A stretch of DNA of 64,000 nt from Nemertoderma westbladi (taxonomy: Eukaryota; Animalia; Xenacoelomorpha), in assembly GCA_032718475.1 (NCBI GenBank), contig JAUCBJ010005520.1:1-64000 (forward strand). The letters are read 5' to 3'. Below are positions 63,514-64,000 of this stretch, piece after piece. The notes under the pieces are model-generated. The model did not search any database. It saw nothing but the letters and a program-made list of their open reading frames with translations, and was not told the origin of the DNA. A program made the translations under genes and the position numbers. The stretch's first letter is position 1, and every line of letters starts with the position of its first letter.

Positions 63514-64000
63514 CCATGTCCCGTAATACAGTGTCATTTTCTGATGACACGGACCCCCCCCCCCCCAGATTTTTCTACAAATCTTAATTATATTGCTTGA
63601 AATTTGAAACACAACTAGTTCCACTCACCGTCGATGACCCCATGAAGCCGGAATTTTCGATTTTGCCTTTAAATTTATTTTATAAGAGCTTTAAAAAAGT
63701 GTCTTTTGCGAAATCGCACCCTCCGTATCGTGGACATTCTTCAATTTAGTGGAAATTTTTTCATATCATTAGAAAGATCATTAAATAAATATAGATAGAT
63801 AATACTTTTACAGTTATAAGTCCTAACGGTTTTATAATAATTACTACATGCCGCCTTACCATAGTTTAGCTCACAGTTAAAGCAATAAATGAGCTTCAGA
63901 GTTATATATTAATAGTAATTCATCTAACAATTGGAGTTCAGATCAAACATCTCGCTTCTATAACACATTATAAATGGGTCTTTCGCACAGCCCGAGACGC

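Overview
Eukaryotic, probably metazoan, repeat-dense window with no host genes (BEL/Pao elements are essentially animal-restricted). Left (1-~5549, minus strand): the 5' part of a decayed BEL/Pao-type LTR retrotransposon (element A), with a putative LTR containing TATA/CCAAT boxes and a tRNA-like A/B-box segment, a 2.5-kb leader and a disrupted gag running off the window. Centre (5643-47696): a ~42-kb tandem array of ~396 copies of a 106-bp monomer that is almost entirely quasi-palindromic. It shows nested higher-order duplications and zoned variants, and ends in one inverted monomer fragment fused to a Pao RNase H/integrase relic (47775-~48950). Right (49332-63513, minus strand): a 14.2-kb BEL/Pao element (element C) with two ~1.15-kb LTRs and a CCATG target-site duplication. 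Its gag-pol is disabled, it lacks integrase, appears chimeric, and carries a large non-env ORF of unknown function in the env position. The hundreds of ~105-aa ORFs over the array are artefacts of the satellite period. All counts and identities are by eye and approximate.
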